Notes under the pieces: generated by a model
Databases searched by the model: none
What the model saw: only the letters and a program-made list of their open reading frames with translations
Told to the model about the DNA's origin: nothing
Position numbers and translations under genes: made by a program
Part shown: in pieces, positions 1 to 12,639 of the stretch
Numbering within the stretch: position 1 is the first letter of the stretch
How the letters are laid out: every line of letters begins with the position of its first letter
From: Kudoa neothunni
Taxonomy: Eukaryota; Animalia; Cnidaria
Length of the DNA: 64,000 nt
Direction of reading: 5' to 3'
Assembly (NCBI GenBank): GCA_964304625.1
Contig: OZ199838.1
Location: 1,375,158 to 1,439,157 of the forward strand

Positions 1-690
1 AAACAAATGGTTCGTGATCCATATTTTAGTGCAAATCTACAAAGTCCATGCATGAAGGGAGATAAATGTAAAGAAGTATCCAAAATTTTTTATTGCAGAA
101 AATCAGACTGATGATGATGGCTATCCACTTTACAGGGGGCGACAACCTGATCATGGTGGATTCACTACAACTCTCAAGATGAGGAATGGCCATGACGTAG
201 TCGTCAATAATACATGGATTGTACCTCATTGTCCGTTGTTATCAAAGATATTTAATGCACATATAAACGTTAAGTATTGTAACTCTGTCAAATCCATTAA
301 ATACGTTTATAAATATGTTAAGAAAGGGTCTGATGCTGCAAAATATTGTGTAAATCAGCCAAATAATGCTGACAAAGTCACCAGTTACCAATATAACGAT
401 ATATAAGTAGCACCGAGGCATTTTGGAGGATTTTCGGTTTTGATATACATAACCGATATCCGGCAATCCAACATTTAAGTGTCCGCATGGAGAATGGACA
501 GAGGATATATTTTAACGAAGATACATTAGTGGATCAGATTCAAAATTCAAAAGATATAACTTTGACAGCGTTTTTCAAACTTAGCCAGCATGATTCGTTG
601 ACATAAACTGTATTAAATAACCAGCTTCCCTCTTATTTCATATGGAAAGATAACAAATAGATTAGACGAAAGAGAGGAATTCCTGTAGAG
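1..690 (+). mobile_element. Decayed Helitron RepHel transposase fragment
   Basis: ORF 179-406 NNTWIVPHCPLLSKIFNAHINVKYCNSVKSIKYVYKYVKKGSD matches the Helitron Rep motif region (catalytic YxxKY). Downstream frames give RIFGFDIHNRYPAIQHLSVRMENGQRIYF and TLTAFFKL. Stops and frameshifts are present, and the fragment is cut at 691 by a hAT-like end (CAGTGTTTCCC). Confidence 0.85.
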
Positions 691-1189
691 CAGTGTTTCC
701 CTAGAAATTCAAATTTTACGTCTGTACACCCATCCTAATTTCCGCGTTCACTTCACACCCCCTCCTCTATGTGAATAGCAAGACTCAATTATTCTTTTTA
801 TTTAAATGCGAAAATAATAATACCAATAAAAATTGTCTTAAAATCATATTTTTATTATTTTAATTTATATTATAACTTCAAATTTCCCCATTTACTTCTA
901 AAATAAATACAAACTAAAATGTTTCGGTTAACCCAATTTTCTATGTATAATTGAAAAATAGTAAACGTAATCTTTTCAATCCTCATGATTTAACACTCAA
1001 TGATGGGAACTATTATTCGTTCCAGCTTATATATACTATATTTTTGTAAAGTAATAAATTATGTTGTTACAATGATTCACCTATTTCGGATGTGCTTTCT
1101 GGAGATAGATTTGAGCAACTGTCAAAATTTGACCTCTTTTGGAGCAGTTGCGGGAAGCATTTTTAAAAATCACTCAGAGAGCATAAATT

Positions 1190-2170
1190 CAGTAGGCAAA
1201 CAGAAGATTCCTTTTAAGGGTAAGTTCAAGATAAAACAGTATATATCAAATAAATCTACCAAGTGGGGATTCAAAGTTTTTGCCCGAGTTGGAATAAGTG
1301 GGATAGTACATGATTTTCACTTGTATGATGGAAAATCGCCAGTTGTACAACAAAGCCGTGGTTTTGTTCACACAACTTTATTACAAAATTATGTGAACAA
1401 CTTCCAAAAAATAGAATGTATCTGTTGTATTTTGATAACTGGTTCACATCATTACAAATACAGCTTATATTGAAAAAAGGCGAATATATTTCATGAGGAC
1501 TATTCGAAATAATAGAATTAAAGGGTGTGTTTACTCTGTAAGAGATCTAATAAAAAAGGACAAGACTCATTTGATGTTGCTCACAGCTCTAATTATGCAC
1601 TAATATTAACTCAATGATATGATAACACCGTCGTGACTTTATCATCCACTTATTCTGGTAGTGAACCTCTAACAACTGTAAATAGATATGATGGGCGGGA
1701 AAAAACGCGTTAAACTCGAGTGCTCAACTATTGTATAGTAATATAACAAAAACATGGGTGATGTTGCAGTTGATATCGTTATATAGATTAAATCACAAAT
1801 GTAAAAAACTTTACAAGAGGATATTTTTTGGGGCATTAATACCGCGATCACTAATTCAAGGCTATTGTATCGGAGACAAAATGTCATGAATAATGTTAAC
1901 TAGAGGGAAGCTGTCGATTTGCTTTCATTCACATATTCAATCTGTGAATCATTATTGTATAAAAACCAAAAGTTAATACAAACTTGAAAAACTGGTCGGT
2001 CGTCTGATTATTGATTCTAATTTACGAAACATAATGGGATCTACTATATCAAAACACAAGCGAAATACTCTTTGATTAGATCATATTAGATACGATAATG
2101 TTGGCTATTTTCCAGAAATGGTATCAACGTCAAGTAGCTGCAGAAGTTGTGGAAGAAATTGTTTCCATGA
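1190..2170 (+). mobile_element. Decayed piggyBac (PGBD3-like) transposase
   Basis: QKIPFKGKFKIKQYISNKSTKWGFKVF, YFDNWFTSL, TIRNNRIKG and YNKNMGDV motifs across shifted frames with stops. Confidence 0.8.
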
Positions 2171-5039
2171 ATATCATAATACTTAAAATTATTGTTTTTT
2201 GATTACTCTATATGTTATTGTTATAATAAATTCGATTTCTTTTTTGCGCATTTTCTTTACCACGAATCCCCATTGTTCAGTCTACTGAACCTAATTTATA
2301 TATTAAAAATATTAGCTCAAACAAATTTTTATTGGTTAAGGATAAACAAAAATTCAAGCGTGATAGGGTCAATCATCTATTGGCGCATAAAATACATAAA
2401 AGCCATTGATAATATAATTTTTTTAATAAAATTAAAGTAATATGTTACAAATGTTATAACGATTATAGAGCAGAAATTAAATTTTCTAGATATTGATTAA
2501 TATATGTTATATTGCGGACGACCTATAAGTTACTGCATCAAGATTCGAATTAGGAATTTCTTTTAAATAAATCATGGAATAAGTCTTGGTCTTAGATTGG
2601 TTCCATGAGAGGTAAATGTCCCTGTGCTTACGGTTGAGTAGAATTGATAAATCAATAAATTTTAATTAAACAAATTGGTTTTAATAATACTTCCGATAAA
2701 GCGAATTGGAAAATACTCTCCTAAAATATTTTAAACTTATTTAAGCTTTTTCTGTTTTCGATTTAATAAAAAGAACTTTCTTATCACATATCATTGTGCT
2801 TCACATTCAGAAGATTATAATTTTTTAAGTGCAGGGATTTTTTGTTCGAAAACTTCACAAGCCTCCTTCAACTAATTTATCTCTAAATTATGTAAAGTAC
2901 TTTGTCAGATTATACAACAGCTTCACAAAAAAATATTAGTACAATGATAATGTGTATAATATTTTAATTCAACAAAATAACTCCTTAATAATCAATAAAC
3001 TGGTCATAAAAATATTTACAGTATTATTTGAATTTTATTCACCAATACAGATAATATAAAATTATACAATGTAGTACAATGTTTTTAAGATATAAAATAT
3101 TAGTTTTTATATGAGGCTTAATAAAAATAATACTGCAATTATCATTGCTGTTAATAAATAACAATTGAAATACATTTCATATTATCTAATCAATATTAAA
3201 CATTAAACAATTTGAATTAAATGGTTCTTTTCGTATAGATAAAAATTCTAAAAATTACAAACATGTGGTAAATTATTAATCGAAATACTTTTTGATATAA
3301 CGTAAATTATAACCATTGAATGCTTTTTTATAAAAAAACTATTCTATTGATTAATATGATATTGATAAATTCCGATTTAATTTCCAAAATCGATATTAAA
3401 CACAATTTTCTCTAAATATATTATAAACAATAAGGATTCTTGACATTGAATTCAGTTATGTTGTAAATTAAATAGTATATGTCGGGATGTTATTAACAAA
3501 CTTTTTTTTTCAAATAAGTCAATTATAATTTGAAATGATTATTGACACATACTATTATATCAATATGAGTGTAATTTTCATTGTAATTGATTATTTTTGG
3601 CTCCAAAGAACGGCAGAGAGGACCAAATGTAATTAAATCCAGAAAATATTGGAAATTAAAATTTTGATAATACTAATAACTCATTCTCTCAAGGTTAAAT
3701 GATAAAAAATTTAATTATATTATTGAAAGTAGATCTGTTTGATATCTATTATCTATTGATATAGAAGCGTGATATAAAAGCTTTAAAATTTTCGGTTTGG
3801 TACGAGGCTTAATTACTAAATGAGCGTTGTTGTATTGTTCTGTTACGTTTTTATTGGTATTTTTGAAATTTATTCCTTAATAAATTTGAAATAGGTATTT
3901 TAAGCACAAAATACACTTTACATGTAAGCACTATTAATTTTAATTTAAGTTTCAACAACCTATAAATAATATTAATAAATAAAGGCTTCGCCACATTTAA
4001 CGCCTGATTCAAGAAAGGAATTTAGCACCGCTTTGAAAAACTTACAGAAATGTTATAAACCAACCGATCCTCAGGTTTATTTATATTACACTTTTTCTAA
4101 AATAATTTTATAAAGTACGAAATTATCGAAACTGAGCTTAAAGAACCTGATATGTTATTTTTACAAAAATGCGCTATATCCGGATGTCTGCGAGCTTTAC
4201 GCTCAATGCTCAAAAAAACGATGCTGGTAAAATGTTTCAACCGGTAATATTTCAAATTCATATTTAGTTTGAAACATTCCATAAAGACAAAGCAGAAACA
4301 TATGGTTGTATTGTAATTTTTATTCTTATTCGATATTCTTTAAACATAATAGGGCATAAATTACACATTATGCTATGGAAACTACAGATATGAATATTTT
4401 GATCCTGTAATTCTAATTTTCCACAACATTTTTTTTATCTCTTTAAATATTATGTTTCTAGAAATCAAAAAAAATGCCTCGACGATTCTAGAATCATCAT
4501 GTACGAAAATGATTCCATGTGAGTCGTATCAAAAACGGTTACACCAAGTATCATTATAAAATTTTAATACATAAATTATTTGTTATATATATATACATAT
4601 ATTTTGACAACCTGAATATTATTCTAGTTCGGGATGCAGACGAAATTCGAACTAAAGATAAGAATTTAAAACATGGGAAATACATGCCATATGATTCATT
4701 AGCATAATTACAAACCAAAATTCGATATTACAAATATTCATTAAACGTTTTCATCATTTTCATATATTACACGCTCATTTTTTTTCTTAAAAATTTAACT
4801 TATGCACGTTTTCATATCTATTACAAAATACTGTATATTCTTTTTACCGTATTCGTTATTCATATTATGTGTGGTTTTCTGATATAGGCTCGGCACAAAA
4901 ACCTAATAATTTTTATTTTAAATATAATAAAACCTCTAAACAATTTAAAATTAAATTTTATTTTTTAATTATGCGATAAAAAACGAGTGTGGAAAGATCA
5001 TCTAATCAAAAAATATAAAATACAACTACAGTTTTTATA

Positions 5040-6470
5040 CTCCAGATTCTACATTCATCTTTACGTACCTCACAAACACATTGTGAAATTTTAACCTCAG
5101 TATAATGAGTTGGGATGCTAAAGTATGAATTTTTTTGTCGTCTTATATCCATTTAAATTTTGAATTAGAAATAAAAATGGTTTTTAAAAATATATAAGAT
5201 ATTTTTGAATTATAAAATCAATTTAAAAAAAATTTTAATAAACAACCTTACATAGTGTTTTCAAGTTCAAGATGCATTATTTGAACAATATAGGTAATTA
5301 TTAAATATCAAAACAATAAATCAATTTTCAATAACTTCGTTGTTTATGCATCATGGGAAGTAACTCTCCGCATGATTACAATAGTTTTGACATTGTGTAA
5401 ACGTCACTTCGTTTTGACTGGATTTTATCGCCCCTATAAGATCAGTTTTTTTGTGTTTGGATTCTTGTCTCACTATTATTTTTTTATTTTGATTTGAAAA
5501 GTTCCTCAATCTGATTAAGGAACGAGGATATGGCTGTAGAAACAGAATTGAGTGATTTGTTTCTGCCATAAGATCCATGATGTAGTTGGTTTTGTGGAAT
5601 CTTACATCGTCAATTATGAGCAATGCATTTGGTACACCGTTCAACTATAGCTCCATAAAAAGTTGAATTAAATATTCAGAAAATATATTTTTATTTATTG
5701 AACCCTCGTGCACTTTGGTTTTCCATACTTTCTAGGAGCTCATTCCGGCTATCAGTGTAATATTTGTGGACGAACGGTTAAATATGCTCTAGATCCAATA
5801 GGAAGTCTTCTTAAAAAAGCGTCTCATTGATAAGGAAAAATCCTGCTTCGTCAATATAGAGAATAATTTGACCTTTTGTCGAAGATATTTTATTACATAA
5901 CTAATTTGGATTCCATTTTAAATATATTATATACATTTTAATTTTTTCTTGTCTTTATAATTTTAGGGTAGGTTTTCTACAAACAGGAACTGTGGAAATT
6001 TTTTTAATGAATAGTAAAATCCTTCGAGAACATTAACAATCGTTTTTCTGGATACACTAATGTTAAATTTTGAATTTAGTATTTGTTCTAAAGATTTTAA
6101 TGTTATAGTGCAAGCATCGCCAACGAATTTGTTTTAAGAATTGTTTTTATGTTCGTTGTATTATATTCAACCGCGGTTGCCTCCCATGTTTTTATACTTC
6201 CCCTAGAATCCTTCAATTTAACAATTCTTGTGACAGTAGGTGGATGTACTTCAACATACTTGGCAATATGTTTAGTAATGAAATTTTTTTTTTATTAAAA
6301 TTATATAGTTAATTAATAAAAAATAACAAACTTCTGACAAATTTAGAATTTTAATCTCGTGATGTCATATTTGTTTTGTTATTTTTTTCTTTTTTTCGTG
6401 GTTTAATTAATTATTATATCAACTGAATGTATAGGATTTGCATTATGAACTTGAAACACAGTAATAAAAA
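5040..6470 (-). mobile_element. Decayed Tc1/IS630-type (DDE_3) transposon
   Basis: Minus-strand IDEAGF, LLIIDDVRFHKT and LFLQPYP motifs. Imperfect inverted repeats at about 5249-5277 (gtgttttcaagttcaagatgca) and 6438-6463 (tgcattatgaacttgaaacac). Ends are approximate. Confidence 0.75.
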
Positions 6471-8754
6471 ATAAGAATTTAAAATAGCACGATTTAATTT
6501 ATGTAATTTGTTTGTAAACAGATTACATAATATATTCCATCAACCATTTGTGTTAAAAATATAATTTACCATAGATTAAACATATATATGTATGTATATT
6601 TTATAATTTAAGGACTACGGTTAAATAAGATATACAGGGATTATTGGTTGTGTATTATCTAATAAATCATTATTATCATTATTATAATTATACAATACGT
6701 ATACTTCTAGGGGAAAAAATATATAAACTAAAAATAAATTTTTTGTGAAAAAATATTAAATTCTCAAACTATGAATATTTTTAGACAGGTCAGTTTTTTT
6801 TTAAATGACTTGTTCACACCTTATTTGGTGCGCCATGCTCAAACATATTGATTACATTAATTTGATGTTCACAAATCAGATACCAAATAAATTTTTCATT
6901 GCGTTCTTTTAATTTTTTATATTTAAATAATTGCAGATTTTTATTCACTTTAATATATGTTAAATAAATAGTAATTATTTGTTCGATTATATTAATTTGT
7001 GATTGAATTATTTTGAAAGTCTGATATTTATTATAATAAACGAATTTAAAATATAAAAATAAATCATGCTAAATTATTAACATTTTTAATTCATAGTTAA
7101 TATGTAATATAAATATCTCTTACTAATAATCAATAATCATACTAAGAGTTTGAAGGTGAATTAACATAAATACCACAGAAATTTGTTTAATCACTTTGTA
7201 ATAATAATAATGATAATAAAATATTCAATTCAACCATATAACTACAGCTACAGTAACGTCTATTAATATTTGTCTATGAAGTATATTCTATTGTTATGTA
7301 GTCACATTAAAATCTATGTGGCATGAAATTAAAACCTTATTATCATTAAGTATTTAATGAAAAATTTTTGCATGAGACATCGCATAATCTATCAATATAT
7401 TATTTTTTTTTAAATTAGCTCACTCCGAGCAAATCCGGGTTTTTCGAGCTATCTATACACATGAAAGTTGTTTTGTTTGTATGTGTGTAAATTAAATATT
7501 TTTAATCAATAAATATATATCGTCATATTGATAACATTCAATTAATTTTTAAGCTATGGATTAGTTTTTGCACTGTTTAAATAACGGTGATTTTATGGTG
7601 TGGCATTCTGTAAAATCTCTACAAGTAGAGACAGCGCTATGAACTATGTTTAAGTTCACTTATTATGCTAAATTAATTAAATAAATCTGGCTTTATTTGT
7701 GTAATCTTTGTATTATTTATCCAAATACTAAATAAATTACTTTGAACTTAAAATGACCTTGGTCTACTCAAGGTTTAGTCTACTTAGCCGGCAAGGGAAG
7801 TCCACCCGAAGCGTGACTTTTATGCTAGTTCACTTATAAAAACTATAGTATTATCAGTTCAAATATCAAATTAAAAATTTAATTACTATTATATTTTTGT
7901 AATTATAAAGCTATATTTTAATTCCAAAATATAAATTTCTTTATAGGTATCAAACATATATTCCATATACGTCATAAACCAGATTTGTATATTCATTACC
8001 AAATCTAATAGTATTTATTTAATTCCTTTTACTATAAAAAAAATTTGAGTAATGTTTTTAATAAATATAATTACATTTAATTTTTGAAATTCAAAAGTAT
8101 TTATAAATACGTTTATTTCTAAAGAATTAAATAAAAAAATTGACAAATACTTTTATCATATAAACAAACAAAATATTGTAATATTGTGTCCCCATTATAA
8201 CATGTTTGAAATTTTTTCGAAATTATTAAGTAGTAACTAGTGTACATTTCTGGCTTAATTTTCTGGTTTGTGTTGTATAAGATTCGATTCTTGTTACTAC
8301 TATAATAAAATTTTAACTTTAATAACAAACAAATAATTATTCTAATTAATTGAAAAAAGTGGGTAAAAACCTTGAGTTGGGTTGTTCCGAGCGTTCGCCA
8401 CACAATTCATTACTTACACAGAATGTATTTAGAGCGTTCAAGACAAACATCATGAATCTACAATCATCATTAGCAAATTTTGTATTTGCTATTAAATGTT
8501 AATATTACATATTTTATGTATTTTTAATGAAGCACTATCGTTAGTTGGAATACTCTTTTTATTGGCATCCCCAACACAATCCATGTATATAACTTGCTTT
8601 ATATAAATAAAAAATATGTTGGTATATATGTAATAATTAACTATGCATGAAACACATTGTGGGGGATCTGAAAAAGATAACTAAATTTTTCGTAACATAT
8701 TAAAAAATTTCTTTCTACTCTAATACAATAATACCAATTGAGAAGAAACAAGAC

Positions 8755-9240
8755 AGCATCAAGTGTGCAAGTTTTCTTCCGGATCAGGGTTCTGTAGAAT
8801 AAACCCGCTTAAATCTTGTAAGGCAACAGAAATGATTTGTTGCTAAATACTATCATCGTACGCGTACAGTTTTAGTTTACCAAATTGGGAATCCTCGAAT
8901 AATTTATTCCAGCTCAGTAATCGCAAAGACCACCATAGCTGCAATTTCGAAAGCGGTAATAGCAAAATCTATTCATTTTTAACAAGTATATTGAGTTACA
9001 TGTTTATTACACCAGAATCTTGTAGAGACGGTTGTATTTTGGTTATCACTAGATGATATTTATTACTAAAAATTCACGAAAAGAATAAAAATTACTAAAA
9101 TTCACGAAAAGAATAAAATACGAAATATAATTAAACAGCCGGTAAATCTAAATATTTTCCAACACATTACTTCTCCCGATTAAACATACAACAGTTTTCA
9201 AAAATTTCTTTTATATGTGGAGTTATCTTTAACAATAGAT
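8755..9240 (-). pseudogene. Possible decayed multi-exon gene of unknown family
   Basis: Host-style short GT-AG introns join DFAITAFEIAAMVVFAITELE*IIRGFPNL to QQIISVALQDLSGFILQNPDPEENLHT*, with an in-frame TAA at 8904-8906. Confidence 0.25.
9062..9118. repeat. 28-29 bp tandem duplication
   Basis: attactaaaa(a)ttcacgaaaagaataaaa, two copies. Confidence 0.9.
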
Positions 9241-10790
9241 TATTTATTAGATAAAAAATAAATGTAATAGCATAATTATTTATTTCTATGTGAACACGAT
9301 AATATATTATTATAACTGTTATGGGTTATAGCGATAGCAAATGATTATATGTATTTTTTATAATTATTATCATACAAATATTTTAGTTATGAAATTTGAA
9401 GCTATTTCCAAGATATAATATATATTAATGCATTGACAAATTTTATTTCCTATGATACATATTAATTTACTAACATATTTTGTATTAAATATCGATGGGT
9501 ACCTGATAGTATTTCATCATTTATTCTTATATTCTTAATCTTGTTACAAATTATGGTAAAAAAAAATATTTATAATTAAACTGTATCTTAATTCATATGG
9601 TTGAATGAATCGTTTTTATATTAAAAATAATTCACTATAAATATACAATAAGCATATCTATGCACTATAGAAATATTATATTCAGAAGGTTTTAGTTGTT
9701 ATTAATTTTCACAACTGATAAATCGTTATCAGATGAATAAAAGTGGAAATATTTAAGCGATAATCAATTATACATCATTTAATATGAAACTAATAAATAT
9801 TTCATTTTTAATATAAAATAAATAACTAAAATTGATTAATTAACTTGTTTCTTTTAAAAATCTATTGTTTTTAATAATCATTTAAAGTCCGAATTTTGGT
9901 TGAAGTCAAATATTATTTCTTAAAATCTAACGGAAGGAAAAAATTACCATTATTCAATTTCTTACTATATTGTCAAAAACTTGTATTTATTAATTTACAC
10001 AATATTAACAATATTTGGCACAACAATTCTAAAATTATAACTAAAATTTCTTCCTGGTTATAAAAAAATTAATAAATGGCAAGGAGATGATTCTCAGTTG
10101 TATAAAGGAATCATGGAAATTGATTTAAAAATTAAATACAATATGTAACCGATAATACACAATTTCATCGATACGACGTATTCAAAGTTTATATTGGGTG
10201 ATAGGTTTTATTATTTTTTTGAATCAAACTGAGAAATTACCGAACTGTTATATCACGTGACTGTCCGATAATACACACCTTTTCGTACAAAGCACGTAGA
10301 TTTGAATTTTTTATCGTAAACTATGGTGAAAATAAAATTTTATAAGTTTTATTTTTGTAAAAACATTAGAAATAATCTCAGATTATTCTGAAATGTAACT
10401 GAAAACGTAATAATTGTCGTCATTAGACATTAGACATTAAACAGTATACGTTTGATCCAAATTAAATAGAAAGCTGAATTTTTTAAAACTTTGTTGGTTC
10501 AAAGTATGAAATTTTTTTTTATATGGCGCTAAAAATAAAAAAATAATGAAATAATTTAATATAATTGACTATTTACTAAATTATAACCCAATGAAAAATG
10601 ATATAAATATTTTATCAAAAAAAATAGTTCTAAATAAAACCTACTAATTATATTTCATCCGAATAATCTTAATAATGTGTTTTTAGTTATTGAAATAAAA
10701 AAATAAGTTGTATTACTCATATTGAAACCTAAAGAAACCCTAATTAAAAGTAAACGCGCGAAAAGTTAACTACATATTATGGGTTGCAAC

Positions 10791-11736
10791 CAGTGCAGGG
10801 CATCCAATGCCAATGAGACTATCGGAGAAAACCTATGGTTGAATTCTTAAAACTCCCAAGATTCAATTAAAATCATGAATATCGTAAATAAAACATAATA
10901 ATATTATTGAACTAACAAAAATTTTATTTTTAGCGCGTTTTTCTAATTATTGTCGTCAATCGATTCGTCTTCACCACCCTCAATTAACAAGTCTGATCTA
11001 TCTATTTTTCAAGCATTCAAGGGAATCGTTGGCTCACATCATGTATTAATTTATTTGTTGGATGCGACCTCAAACACGTATTATTGTATTATTATTTCTT
11101 CTGATCAACTGCTCTACGAGAAGTTTACATTTTATAGTTTCAATCATTAATGAGTTGGTTTAGTTTTACTAGGTCCATTAATGAAAAAATTCGTTCAACA
11201 TTTGCAGTATCTGGAGTTGCTGTCCTTAGATTAGAATCTTGATCAAGCCCAGCTTTTAAATCTTCTACTTTTAATCAATCTTAATCGAAGCACATAATAT
11301 ACATTAAACCGCTGTCTTTTTGAGCTCCATTTGAATTTTCATTCATACATTATAATAATGTACGTTTAACATCAAAATACGATTTCAAAGAAAATTTATA
11401 ACAATTTAAAGACAACGTTAAAATACTTGAATACAATCACAGAGTAATAAGAAAAATTGATTAGATAACAACTATCCAAGGATCGGGGAAAACAGTGTGA
11501 TTCCAATGATCGTGATATCTTTTTAAAATTTCGACTAATTTTAATCTCTCCATTACTAATTATTAATTATTAAAACAATAAATTTGATTATTCTACATAA
11601 ATCTAAAATTTATTATTTGTAAACTATTCTCGAATAATTCAATAATCAACAAGTTTTTTAAATAAATAAAAAAAAACCCAAGTATAATAGAAAAATTCCG
11701 AGATCATTAGGAAAACCCCAAGGTTTGGACGCTATG
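10791..11736 (-). mobile_element. hAT deletion derivative with hATC remnant
   Basis: 8-bp TSD gttgcaac/attgcaac (7/8). Imperfect TIRs CAGGGCATCCAA / TTGGACGCTATG. Minus-strand ATPDTANVERIFSLM near 11180-11220 is the hAT C-terminal dimerisation motif. Confidence 0.7.
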
Positions 11737-12143
11737 ATTGCAACCTGTGGTACGCATTTTTTTGACGGTTCTGGGTCCTGAGGGGATTACCTATTATCGG
11801 TTACCCACTGTATTTGTTAAAACTAATACAACTCCGACATTACAGATGAAACATCATATTGAATCTAATAAAGTAGAAAAATCGTGATAATTTATTTAAA
11901 AATTATAACGATTTCACCCGAAACTAGTCAATTTAATTCGACAACTGCACATATTAACCAAATGATCGATATATATGGATACATATAGCAATTTTCATGT
12001 GTCGAAAATTATTACATATATCATTTCAACATTTTTATCATATTTAAAAATAATTTAACTTTCTCAAATTATTTAATGCGGGAACATCACGTGATTGAAA
12101 TATTGCTTTCAAATGAATCATTGAATTTAAAGTAATGGAATGG

Positions 12144-12154
12144 GCGCATGTGCA
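12144..12154 (+). promoter_or_regulatory. NRF1-like element upstream of COA4
   Basis: GCGCATGTGCA ends 6 nt before the ATG at 12161. The same motif recurs upstream of other genes. Confidence 0.5.
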
Positions 12155-12160
12155 AAAATT

Positions 12161-12452
12161 ATGAATAGTGGACACGAGCTGAGAACGGTTCAGGTTGCTA
12201 GCAATGATGATTTCTACACAAAATACATAGACAAGTCTGATTGTAAAGATTTTTTTTACAATCTTCAGGTAGGATTCGAATAAATAAAAGAAACTTGTTG
12301 GAAAAAAAACTAAAAATGACTTTTTCGTTTAGGCATGTCAGAGTGATACTGCTGACTGGAGAAAGTGTAAAAAAGAAATGGAGCAGTTTAAAAAGTGTAT
12401 GGCCGAAAATTCTACGCATACGCACGAAAAATCCCGCAACGAAAAACATTAA
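12161..12452 (+). CDS. COA4: Cytochrome c oxidase assembly factor 4 (twin CX9C, 75 aa); exons 12161-12268 and 12333-12452
   Basis: Spliced product MNSGHEL...IDKSDCKDFFYNLQ|ACQSDTADWRKCKKEMEQFKKCMAEN has two CX9C motifs and the DWRxC signature. The GT-AG intron is 64 nt. Not in the ORF track. Confidence 0.85.
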
Positions 12453-12639
12453 AACATAATTTTTAGACTACAAATGTTGTTGATTAATAGTTGATAGAAG
12501 GGTGAATTTTTTGATTAATTTTTGTCTGCGAAAATAAAATTGGAGCTTTATTGGATACATGAATGAATGGTGGTGATTGGGGCCGAAACAAATAGTAGCA
12601 GGAGATTAATGTGAACTGTTGGATAAATATTAAAATTTG

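Noticed and set aside
7755-7820. GC-rich hairpin region as a ribozyme or ncRNA
   Set aside because: No hammerhead core (CTGANGA/GAAA) or other recognisable RNA family motif.
12202-12243. C/D box snoRNA-like pattern (ATGATGA...CTGA with terminal stem)
   Set aside because: Only about 40 nt long and entirely within COA4 coding exon 1, so likely coincidental.
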